A DNA stretch of 64,000 nt from Lingula anatina (lineage: Eukaryota; Animalia; Brachiopoda). Below are positions 1 to 12,066 of this stretch, piece after piece. The notes beneath the pieces were generated by a model. That model was not told the origin of the DNA, did not search any database, and was given only the letters and a program-made list of their open reading frames with translations. The stretch is from NCBI GenBank assembly GCA_051362555.1, contig CM120641.1, positions 5,952,001-6,016,000 on the forward strand, given 5' to 3'. Position 1 is the stretch's first letter; the number at the start of each line of letters is the position of its first letter. A program made the position numbers and the translations under genes.

Positions 1-1206
1 AAAATGTTATTTAAAAATTGACTGAGGTACTCATAATTTTTTAAATATCACATCAACAGCTTTGATGACAATCACTATGCTATTTTCCATTTAAAAAAGT
101 GATGAGTTTCAGTTTTGTTAAAGAAGGGATGGAAAAGGTGTTCCACAATACCAGTAACTTGTCAACTTTTAAATTCTAACAGTGGGGTGTCAGGTGCATT
201 GAAACCCACTCAAGCCATTAATTTCCTGTCCAAGTGCCGTAATCATTGCTTAAGCAACAATGAAAGTGGTTAACTCAAATTATCCTTCAAGAATTTAACC
301 ACTCACACCAGGGCATTTCCCCCAAAGCAAGTTTGTTGTGAAAGAACTCAACTTTAAATTGATATGAAAGAAATTGCTGCAACTATTTATTAATGTCCCA
401 TCCCAATTTAATGTTGATTACATCCAACCACAGGTTTTTATGTAACAAAAAACTCATTCATCTTCAAGCTGTGAAAATGGCCGTAAAATATAAGGGAGTG
501 TTAGAGGAGATAATTTGATAACCTCTCTTTTAATAAAAAGGTAATTTTGGCAAAATGGACTGGAAGATTTAGAAGTCTGCTTCTTTTGAAACCTGATCAC
601 AACAGGAAGGTTAACATTATTATCTTTGCCAAGTTCTATTTTATAAAGGACCATATTATTCAGTGATCATTATGCCATGTGCAGGAAAACACACAATTCA
701 TTAATGTCTGTCTGTCCCAGGTCTAAAATAAGTTCCCACTTGCTGTAGTGGAGACTTAAACCAACATTCAGATTAACAATGCAGTGTCTTTTAAAGGTGA
801 AGTTGTATGATGAAGTAAAATCATTCTTAACTTTTCACTATCCATACATGTGAACTTTTCCTAGAAAGAGTCCAATAATCCATAAAAGTTAATTTTGCTC
901 AGTCGAAATTGACTGACAAAAGATGAAAATAATATGAAAAGTTCAAAAAGATAATTAATCAACTATGATGTACACATTTTCCTCCTTTTCCAAATTAACA
1001 ATATCAATCATCTCATGACCAATAGCTCTAACAAAGTATCTAAAGCTAAACAACCAGTTGCATCAGCTTTTAATTTACAGCAGTAACCTTTGCAGCACCA
1101 GTAATCATAAAGCAAAACTTGTGGATGCACATCAAGAGTTTCACATTTCACAAAGTTAATTAGACTCTATGAAAAATTGATTTTTAAGACACTAAATACT
1201 ACTTAC

Positions 1207-1233
1207 CGTTCTCTTCGCATGGTAAATTAGTAT
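1207..1233 (-). CDS. Candidate small exon or alternative start (ATG 1220, MRRE+CG, phase 2)
   Basis: cttgcctgcag|atactaatttaccATGCGAAGAGAACG|gtaagt, with a consensus donor and a plausible acceptor. The frame is ambiguous; it could also be a 27-nt phase-0 exon, ILIYHAKRT. Confidence 0.3.
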
Positions 1234-2047
1234 CTGCAGGCAAGACATTGTTGCACTTGTATAACTGTCTGGATCACAATTCAGGGGTTAAATCCAAATA
1301 AAATACACTAACTTAAATTCCTTTGGGGCATGTGCCTAGATAAAGAACAGCTCTTACAAATGACTATCTCCAAATTAAAAGCTGTACCCTGATAAAGTTT
1401 CAGGTAAAAAAATTCCTTTAAATTGTATGATAAGTAGTTCAATCCACTTGTTAGGGGATTACAGTATCGCCATATGCATTTAGTTCTAAATATCCCCCTC
1501 TGCAGGGCAGCAGAGCATTTGCAGTCCCCACTCAGTCTGAGCCAAGTAGCTCCTAGCTAAATGTTCCCACAATTTTCAGTTGAAAAACTCAACTGTCCTC
1601 CTCTTAATAACAGCATGTAAAACAACTCCTGAAGTACAGTGTGTGTAGGCACTAGTCCTTTAGTAAGGTCTGTAATTACAGGCGATGTGTATAAATTTGT
1701 CATAAATCATCTGCAATGCTGCCAGGTGAAACAAGGAGACCGATCAGTCCAAGATAGCAGTGTGACCCTGTCTCATCTAGAGGTCCTACCTGTGCTGTAT
1801 AAGATCATGAATGCTGAATATATGGAAATGGGACACAGAGTACCACCTATACTTTAAGTGTGCTGTCTCCCACAATGTGACTTGACTTAACCCACCCTCC
1901 TATCTGTCCCCAGTATCAAAACTGGTTATGTGACAAGTGAAAACAAACCTTGGCAGTCACACACATGTAACATGCCTCTCTGACAGCCATGCCCCACTGG
2001 TTAAACATCCTGCACTGCTAGCATTTCTAGGACAATGGGACACTTAC

Positions 2048-5000
2048 CTGTTTACTACAAGACTATCCAATGTCATCTTAGCAATCTGATGTCCACTCTC
2101 TGTCCAGTCCTAAATGGTCCACTACCCCTAAATTCCTCAGTGATGGACAGTTAAGGCAATTACCACATACCTGTCCCCCCTAATACCTCCATGCACCCCT
2201 TTATTAGGTATGTGCACCGTCCACAACAATTTGCCCCTGCTGTCCCCAGTGGTCACTTAACAAGGGTTTTACTCACCGGACAAGTCCCCAAGTTGAAGGA
2301 CTTGCTTCTTCTTTTCCACATTGCCACCTTGTCAAGGATTAACCACCCAATTCAATTATACACCATCTTTCTTTCTGTCCTCTTAAAGACGTCGACCAGG
2401 TAGGTGAGACGCACTGAGCCCTCTACCACTCAATCATGGCACAGTTAAACACAGTAAACACCTTAAGGCCTATATATACCTATACTTATAAACGTGGCGG
2501 TTTGGACATTCCCTATTTGCCCTGTTTAACACTTCATATGACTGCACTTGTTAGCTAACAAAATAATCCTGAGTAAGAGCAGGTAAAAACTGGCAAGGTG
2601 GGCAATAATCCACAGTTAGGGCATTGAGTTTGGTCAATATGCTTGTTAAAAGGATTATGTTTATTCTCAGTTTAAGACGTGTGGGAACTATTGTTACTTG
2701 ACAATACCTAAATGTGGCTATACAATCTTGTGGTGTTGTTTATCTACGACAAGGTAGAAGCAGAGATTAGCAAACATGGGGATTCAGGTGACAAAAAGTC
2801 AACTTTATCCAACCAACCTATCACTGATAAATTCAATGAATGATAAACTTGTTTAAAATGTCCATGGGACCAGCATTCTAATATAATACCACAATTATGG
2901 ATGAATGAATGAATGAATGAATAATTGAAAATGAATGAAATATGAAGGAGAAAGGACAATTTTATCAATCATGTTTTTCCTATTTGAGCCATGCACCTGT
3001 CTAGCAGCTGCTGCGAGCAAATCAGATCAGGCAAACTTGCCTATCAGATCAATGAAGTTTATTAATAAATCTGTAATCTTGTGTCAACTGTACAAATCAC
3101 TGCTAGGTATACTATGACAGGTAACATGCTCAGTTAAAACTTCAGACAGGTGTTTTATGCACTACCTCTTTAATGACTAGCTGTGCTGATCCTCAAAAAC
3201 ATCAAGTTACAGAAATAAGATTTCATGCCCAATTAACACATGCCGGTTATGTAACTGAATTAGAATTTACAACTTAAATAGCTTAATTTATTTAAATACA
3301 TTAAATGGATTTCACAGGTAGTAAAAAATGTTAACTATGTGTTGTATCTCGATTATCCCCTTTTTACTTTATTCAAATACACAACATGAAAGATGTTATT
3401 TACACAAGTTGCCTGTAGATATGTTAATACATTACACCTATACATAAAACTACATGGTGTCAGAATCCAAAAATATTTCAGTTTTATAATACCTTTTCAG
3501 ATATGCCCACAATATTTAAAACACAAAATGAATCAACTTCCTATTTACAAAAGAAAAAAATGTCTACAGCCAATTATTTCTAGAGTGGGCATCTCTGTTC
3601 TTTAGATATCCATAAAACAGTTCCTTCCCAATACAAATCCAATTAACTGCAGTATACTAACATTGCTTTTATTCACTGAATAATACAGGTGAAAGCACCT
3701 GACGTCAGTGCCAGGTGTCAGTGTCCACTCACGGCAGTGTCACACCAACTGGCCTTCCTTGTTTACTACTTTGTTTCTTACAGACACAGAATACCAATTA
3801 GTGAGGGGGTGATGAAACTTCCCTCCTTGTCCCTTTATGTTTTATTCATTTCACAATCTTTATAAAGCACTCAGATCATGAACACAGGAAGTAAATAGAT
3901 AAACAATAAAACAGTGTGATGTAATAAGTTCCTAGTTAGATCCTATCATGGGGTATTTCTTGGGCCACTCAAAAGTTATCTTAGATTTTGATAGACATTA
4001 TCATTATGTTGTGTAACCTTATAACTTCATTAGATGCCTGTTCAGTTATCCTTTGCTTATCTATATTTCATAACTTCCTCTAAATATTTATAGTAATTTA
4101 AGATAAAATGTTTGCATTCTATGAAGAATGTAATGGAAATCCTATGGCAATCAGAGAATCTAGGTTATTTGCATATTAAACACAACCTATAAACAGCCTG
4201 GATTTTATTCTAGGAAAAAGGAATATGATGGCTGTACAATGTCAGAATGTTTTAATGCATGTCACCTAATACCTATTTTACACTTTAAATAAATCTTGAA
4301 CTGCAAGTTCATTATAAAAAACAAATTCATGGAATTTTCGTGTCTAAATCTAATTTGTTTCTTTTTATATGCTTGTACATAAGTCCAAATGTCCTCTATA
4401 CTTTAAAGAAATGTGCAATTTATCATTTATGCAAAAACAAACAAACAAACAATGCATGTCAATATTATTTTTAAAAAATGTTTTAAAACCCAGTTTGTTG
4501 ATCAAAACAGATAATTGTTTAAATGGATAGATTTGTTTGATCAACATTTCATTACTAATACATTTTTATCGTAACATTCTGAAACCTATATACTGTAACT
4601 TTAACAATCAATTAGAAAAAACTAATAAACTGTATTTCCACAAGGCAGCAGGCTCAACCAGTTATCATCATTTACTTTAATGGATAACCTAACACATTCT
4701 GAGGCATTTTTTTTTTGTCTCAACTAACACAATGCATCTAATTTGCAGTCATAACATGCCAAGGATTCACCCTGAGAGCTCCCAATGCATTGTTATAGGC
4801 AGGGGCGGATTTAGGGCGTCTTCTGGGTCTTCCGGAAGACGGTCAGATTTGTCAAGTTTACATGGACGGGTATCTAATTTTTTCTGTCGGAAGATGGTCA
4901 AAAATGGAGGATGGATCAACAAAGATAAATTGGAAGACTGTCAGAAAATAACTCTGGATCCGACCCTGATAGGTTTTAGTCCCGATTTGATTGCTTTATT

Positions 5001-8000
5001 TCAGGCACTGAATTTTGAGGGGGTGGGGGATAGTAGATTAAATTCCATAAATTAGGTCAATCCTAAAGGGTTTGGTCTGATTTTGTCCAACTAGTGCATG
5101 TCCGTATTAAAAATTAAATGGAAGTTTTTTACTTTCCCCGACTGCTACAGCTGAGAGGATGATCATCATAATTTACATATTTACTTTACCATGCAATTCT
5201 ATTTGCTGCCTTTTAGATAAATTTATGACTAGGGTCTTAAGTTCTGACAAATCTTATAAGAATTTGGAAACATCAAAAAGCAATCAGTTCTTATTTTCCA
5301 CTGCCAATTAGAATTCTGGTCATCTTTCATTATTGATTAATTTAGCTTTCAGGAACTATTCCTTTATCAATAACATCATTAACTATGCATCTTCACTGTG
5401 TACGCTTTTGAAACCAAAATACTTGCAAAACTGATTTAAAAAAAATTTTAAGTCATCTGTGAATTTAAAAACTAACAAGCCTACTACAGTGTACCTGGCA
5501 AGAATAATTCCTAGGGAATATGGCACTGAAGTCACCACTATACAGCATTACAAAAGTCAAATGCATGTAGCATGTTATAGGTTTACTCCAGCCTAAATTT
5601 ATTTAAATCAAGTAGCAAAAAGAAAGAAAAGATGAATTAATCAAGAATTTAAACCAAGGCATTGTTTAATTGACAAAATGGTTAGAAATTACTTTCATTG
5701 TCAAAAAAACTATAAATTATACTTGGCATTTGGAAAACAAACCTTCTACATTAGCATGAGTCAATGCATTCACGTATTTATTCTCATTCTACCCACACAA
5801 TTCCCTGTATGTATAATTCATTTCTATTCATACGTATTTATTTTGTGCATGACTGAAAGGATATGGTATCTCCAATACTTCTGCTTGTATCTACATATCA
5901 ATAATGTACCTATTAATGTATCAAATATATCTGGGGGACTTCTGTGTCTATCTGCAATATATTAAATTGCTAATCATTCACTGGGCTGCCTATCATATCA
6001 ATGTGATGACCAGTCACCTGGCCTTGGCCAGAAATCACCATCGTTGACCTACAAATAGTTTGAACTGCCAAAAGAAAGACCAGAAAACACTTTTCTGTGG
6101 ATTAATAAAGTGGTTATTGTGTATAATAGTCAGGGTATATTATGAATAAATCACCATGAATACTGTAAAAATTATAAACAATTTGAACAGTATAATATGT
6201 AAAAGTGACCAGTTTCACTTTTGAAGATCACGAATGAGTTATAAAGCCTAACCTTTCTCCTTTTGTTGCTTCTTTGGAGACATCCTATGGCAGCTTGCTG
6301 ATACTCAAAGGTCAGCTGGTCACACTGTTGTGAAATGCGGCTGAAATGTTCAGATAATAATAATAATCCTAATAATATTAACTTAAAGTCAAAAATCAAA
6401 TGATGTTCATTAGACTCTACAATATGAATATAAATTATAACACACAAGTTAGAGAAAATGGAAAAAAATCAAAATTTAACATTGAATAGAATAATGAAGA
6501 ATTTAAATGCCTGTTACTTCTTCAAATCCTTTCAAAATTCAATTAAATTTTATAAAAAGATAATTACATTTAAAACCAATAATTGTATTTGTTGTTTTAA
6601 GTACATATTTATCTCGCCTAAAATTGAGCCATCTAAACTATATATAAAATATACTTTGACTTTTTACAGTGCTTTTTAATGACACTTTAAATTGCAAGAC
6701 CCCTTGAAGGATAAAAAATGCATTTTAGTTATGCATTAATAAGCACTCACTCAATGTTTGCTTCAAGTTGGTCAATTTCTTTTCTCTGAAATCAAGACAA
6801 AAAAGAATTTACTCTTAAGAAATCTATTCAATTTTTTAAAACAATACCTATAAATAAATTATAAAACAAACATCATGCTGCCATTTTTAATAATACACAA
6901 ATACGGTTACTCTACATGTCTGAACATTCTTCTGTCACCGATTCCCTAATTAATGAATTAGTCTATAAAACTTTCTCTTGAACCTTTATTTGCTATAAAA
7001 TGCACTAAATATTCATTTTTAAACAACAGTACAATAAGTTTGATCAATTAAACCTTCTTTAGATGTGATCTCAATTATCTCAGTATTATCAAGTTTGAAA
7101 GTAATACATACTTGAGGGAAATTATGAGCATGCTACACGCTATACAGCTATTTCATATAAATTGAACAATTCTGTTCCATGTTACTGCCTTTTTAATAAT
7201 TAAAGACTGCAAAAAGTACCAGAAAGATTTTTAGAAAAGAAAATATTGACAGAAATAAAATAAAATAAAATATTGACAGAAATATAATAAAGGAACAATA
7301 ACAGAAAAACCTACTCAGCAGCAGTATGTGTATCACATATTATTAAGTACCAAAGCTGACTTCAATGAGTGGTGCGATGTGTGATAATGAAATCCACCAA
7401 AATTTAATTATCTTTCTTTTTTTACAAGCATTTTTCATCATGCAAACTGCTCAAAGATACAGTGTAAACAAAATATGATAGTTTTCCATAAAAAAACCTA
7501 CCCTTTGAAAGGCAAAAGACTTCAGCTGCTGACCAAGCTCCCTTTGTAAAACTCGTAACTTCTTCTGTTCAGCCTCCAGCAATTTTGATGTTACCTGACA
7601 AGGAGAAATATTTTCATGTTTGAGTAATGTGTATGTGGACATTCAAACAGTATCACTAGTATATTTGTGTGTTAAACAATGTTGTGCAGTGTAACAAAAA
7701 TTAAATATACATGTGCAACATATATGTACAAAACATGTAAAAATCCAAATAATCACTTTCAACCTGGACACATCATTTATGGTGGACCCAGGATTTCATT
7801 AAGAAATGGCCATGGATGTACTATCGCAATAAATATTGATTAAAATGCAATGTAAATGAATTCCTTGGAAAATGACAAGGCATATCCATGGTGCCTTCTG
7901 AGGTATCAATTAATTGAAACTTGAGCATCTATATATTCCACCTAAATAATTCAGGGCCCACAACATCAAGAATATCTGTAATGAAATTAATGGAAGAGCT

Positions 8001-11000
8001 CTTACTGCCAGACAGTTCAATTAGTTGGAAGAGAGTTGCTTTGAAACATGTTTTGTTTTGTTATCACAGAGAGAGAGACTATTCAATTCTAACACTGAAA
8101 CACCCTGAGTGGTTTCAAATAAATTCAAATTCCATGTTCTGTAGGCTGAGATATTTACCTGATGAAACTCAATGTCTTTTTTCTTCAAGTGTTTTTTATC
8201 AAATACAAAATTCTTTAAGCAATGTTTTAAAAAGATTAAAAGGTGCATTTATAGGACTGCCATTATGATTCTTTTAAGATAGTTAAAACTATCCAAATGC
8301 AACATGATGATGCACAAAAATTATACAATGACATCGTTTTTTATAATCAAATTTCCACGTTTAGAAAAAACTTGTAAGCATTGAGTAAAATAATTGTTGA
8401 GGTGATAATATTATCAATTAAAATGTTTTGAAACATAGAAATGATACACAGAAAGTAAAAAAAAATCTACTTAATTCTACCGATTTACTTTTTTTATTAC
8501 TCTGAAAAAATGCAGACAAAACAGCATCAAAAATTTTTTTTTTACAAAATTGTTCCAAACGATTCATCATTTGTCATCTATAAGAAATAACTTATTCCAG
8601 TGGCGTCAGAGAAACATTTGCAGATCAGCAACAAGAAAATTACCTTCATCATCATAAATCATTTAGCATGTATTCCCATCATTTAGCAAATATATGGCTG
8701 CCACTTATGTGCATATCGTGTACTTTTAAAGATACACTCAAATGTATTTTAAGAGAAACAACTAAACATGCTTTAGTTTAATGAAATAAACTGAAACTCC
8801 AATGAGAATAAAGCAAGCAGACCACATTTCTTTTGCTTTTCAAATCTCACATCATCATGCAATTCATCAGTTCTAAAGATTTATTTCATATTTGGGAAAA
8901 TCCTCTTTATCTTTTACTCTTTAAATATCACAGAACTTGGGAATTTTCAATCAATTTTGGTGAAGATATGCTTTCAAGTTACTTAGTAACAAATTGGGCT
9001 TCAACTTTAATACCCATTAATCTCTAATCAATTAAATATGAGTATCATTAATAATATTAGGTCAACTGTCATCCAGATTTCCGTCTCACATTTGTACAGA
9101 CACTAGTAATATTGCCCTGAACTTATCAGGCAAAGGCTTTACCTGGATATTGGATACATCAACCTTTTGACTAAATAAACAAATCTTTGGTGTAAAGGAT
9201 TACTGTTAAATTTACCATGGCACTACATGTACATTAATTAAAATATGCATGAAGTTTGTTAGTACTTAAAAGCTGAATATTGGCAATGTTGGAGGGCCCT
9301 TTTACACAATGGTTTTTATCTTCATCGTGGCTTTGAAGCGCCACTTGACTCTTGGACTCCCTTTTTAATCTACCCTGGCACATATTTCATACATCCAGCA
9401 GTCTTTAAGTTTGGGGATCTGTCAGAAAAATGGCCAAAAAAGTAAATATGCTCAAACTTAATAAAACAAATGGCAGCCATAAAAATCAGTGAAATTCATT
9501 AAAGTTCAAATCAGTGTCATATTCTGAATATAAATTATACAACTTCCATCCAAAGCACAAGCCTTTAATCTTAGATTTTATTTATCAGGACATCAGCTTT
9601 AAAAAAATCAAACAATTTCAAACTTAAGCTGAATTTTATGTGAACAGCCAAAAAATCAGTATACAATAAAAAATGCTCTGATTTTCCCATAATTATCAAA
9701 CGAGATTTAAATATGCTGTCATAAGAAAATAGACAAACATTTCAGAAGATACAGCAATACAACAAACCAGAGACTTCAAAAACTGACAGATGACTCACAT
9801 TTTTTAATTTCGCCTTGGACCCACGAAAGGTATGATGGGTTCAAGTCATCACTTATATGTTAACAGATGTTCAACAAAACATCATAAAAATACAGGTCTA
9901 AATTAGTCTGGCTGATATACAAACTCAACACAATCTCTTATATTGCTCTGAAAACATGTGTTGAAGAGTCTGTTCTCTCAATGTTTCTGTCAAACTAATT
10001 ACATGAATACCTTGCCAGCTGGCAAGTGTGTGAGTCATTTCAGTCCAAAATGACCACTTTAAGATAGCTTTAAGTGTTTAAAATTGTACTTTATACACAT
10101 ACAGGTAAATTAAACCATGAGGTTGTGAAACAGTTTTGTCTAACCTTGATAAAGAGGGATATTTACCAAAAGTGATAAAGAACTGTTATCTCATGCTGGG
10201 TGGTAACTTGGCTATTGCGTACCATTAAAGCCATAGCTAATGATAAACATTGAGCCAAAAGTAGTAATCTTGCTTTTTGTGTGTACAAATTCCAAACATT
10301 TTGAAGTGCATTAACATTTTCCTTCTGTGTCTTTACAATGTGCAGTATTTACATACACACTTATAGGTATCTCCTTATGGCACAGAGCTTAAAACAAATT
10401 CAACCTGTTCCAATATAACCACAGTCCCGCCCTCAATTCTCTGAACATCACTATATTTGAGCTCTCCACAAATGGACAAGTAGAGTCTTATATCAAAAGT
10501 GGTCTTTCTGATCAAAGACCAATTGTACTGCTACAATGGGCATTATTTTCAACAACACTTCAACCCTACAGAAATGTCAGAAACTGGCAAACCCCTTCTG
10601 AAGCAATTTAAGTTTATGAAAACACAACCCATATTGAAAATATTGAAAAAAGTATAACTTAATGGCCACACTGATTCAGGCTGATTAACCCTTAAAAGCT
10701 TTGACCGTTTAAAAAATGAAAAAAGGACAAGCGCAGATACTACATACTGGCCCCGTGGCTGGCAGTTTTATGGGGGGAGGGGGTCTTTTATGGAAAAGTG
10801 GATATTTTTTACCCCCTTATTTGACCCAACTTGAGAAACAGCATAGGACCTCAATCAAATTTTGATGCAGAATGAGCCTTTTCTGGTCATAAAGGTGGTC
10901 CTTTGTACTCCCATACCCTCCTACCAACTGGTCTGCCATACATACAGTATCAACACCTATTTTGTAACACTTGGAAAATTTCAAGTAATGACTGCAATGT

Positions 11001-12066
11001 GTAAATTCATACATCTAATTGCTATAAGAACAGTGCAAAATGTCAGTGAAATGTTATACTCCACACTAGATATGGTGATACATGATTCAACAATGATTTC
11101 AATAATAATCAATATACCCTGGGTTATTTCCCAATTAGTACAATAGAGTTCTAGAAAGAAATGGTTACCAGGATAACAGACAATGTCAACAAAAAATTAT
11201 TGTCTTTATATATTATTATATAATCATTACTATAATTATTTTATGACACAAAAAAGGACCAGAACAATATTCAGGTAAGATGGTAGCCCAAGCCCTGAGC
11301 TGATACTGCAATATAAGCAAGGAAAAACATTATCCCTATTTTGTTAAATATCATAATACCACATAATTTTTATTAAAGGGATAACAACTCTTTGTAAGAG
11401 ATCTATATTTCACAATAAATACATTGTAAACAATTCATAGAAATATAATATACATAATTCTATTTTACCACAAAAATGGCAGTTATAGCAAGTTATCTGA
11501 AATATGTGTTTGTCATCAGACCATGTGACCTCCATAGATGGCTATACTCCGTAATAATCTCTTTAGAAATTATTACAAAAAAAAAAAAAAAAAAAAAAAA
11601 ACTTTTTAGAAAAAAAAACGGGGACTAACTTTGAATTTAGAAACAAACCACTGGTAAGCATGGGAAAATTGTCGTTAACCACAGGAAAATTAATTTTTTG
11701 GCCAAAATGAATAGTTGTTATCCTTTTAACAAAGAAAAAGCCTAAGGGTGTAAATCCTCACTTGTATTACCTTTTCTCTGCCTAAGAAATCATACAAAAA
11801 ATCACAACAAACAATTTTTTTCTCTTTGTCCACCTGACAATACACCTGTCAAGATAAGAATCCAAACCATGTAAATCACCAAGTTAAGATGGTTTAGCAT
11901 GTGTGTCCAAGTTTTACTTATAAATGGTGTCGTCTGGTAGTAAATCATGTAAAAACCAACAACACATGCCACGTAATCCACCTACCTCCAGCTGGACCCC
12001 GAACCAGTCCGCAGGTTTCTCTGGCCGAAGACTTGCACTGTCCTCCCCAGAAGCACTTAAATCCAT
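2048..12066 (-). CDS. Putative 5' coding exons of an unidentified gene continuing past the left edge
   Basis: Exons 12066-11986 (MDLSASGEDSASLRPEKPADWFGVQLE; in-frame TAG directly before the ATG), 10927-10850 (LVGGYGSTKDHLYDQKRLILHQNLIE), 9418-9374 (IPKLKDCWMYEICAR), 7594-7502 (VTSKLLEAEQKKLRVLQRELGQQLKSFAFQR) and 6324-6253 (CDQLTFEYQQAAIGCLQRSNKRRK) are all phase 0/0, AG/GT-bounded and stop-free. A probable next exon is 2109-2048 (DWTESGHQIAKMTLDSLVVN+AG|gtaagt). Some sites are weak (donors gtccta and gtagat; acceptor at 10928). No family recognised. Confidence 0.5.
2277..2321 (-). CDS. Candidate alternative first coding exon (MWKRRSKSFNLGTCP)
   Basis: ATG in good context (gcaATG), 15 open codons, then a consensus donor CCG|gtgagt. 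It is phase 0 and compatible with exon 2109-2048. Confidence 0.4.
4800..4968. mobile_element. 169-bp MITE
   Basis: Imperfect TIRs caggggcggattta / tggatccgaccctg, flanked by the direct repeat ATAGG (4795-4799 and 4969-4973). Internal GGAAGA/TCTTCC motifs recur, and the element is GC-richer than its flanks. Confidence 0.7.

Noticed and set aside
10685-11752. Possible piggyBac-like element (ttaacccttaa...taagggtgtaa)
   Set aside because: The terminal match is short and imperfect, there is no TTAA on the right, and the span would enclose a candidate host exon.
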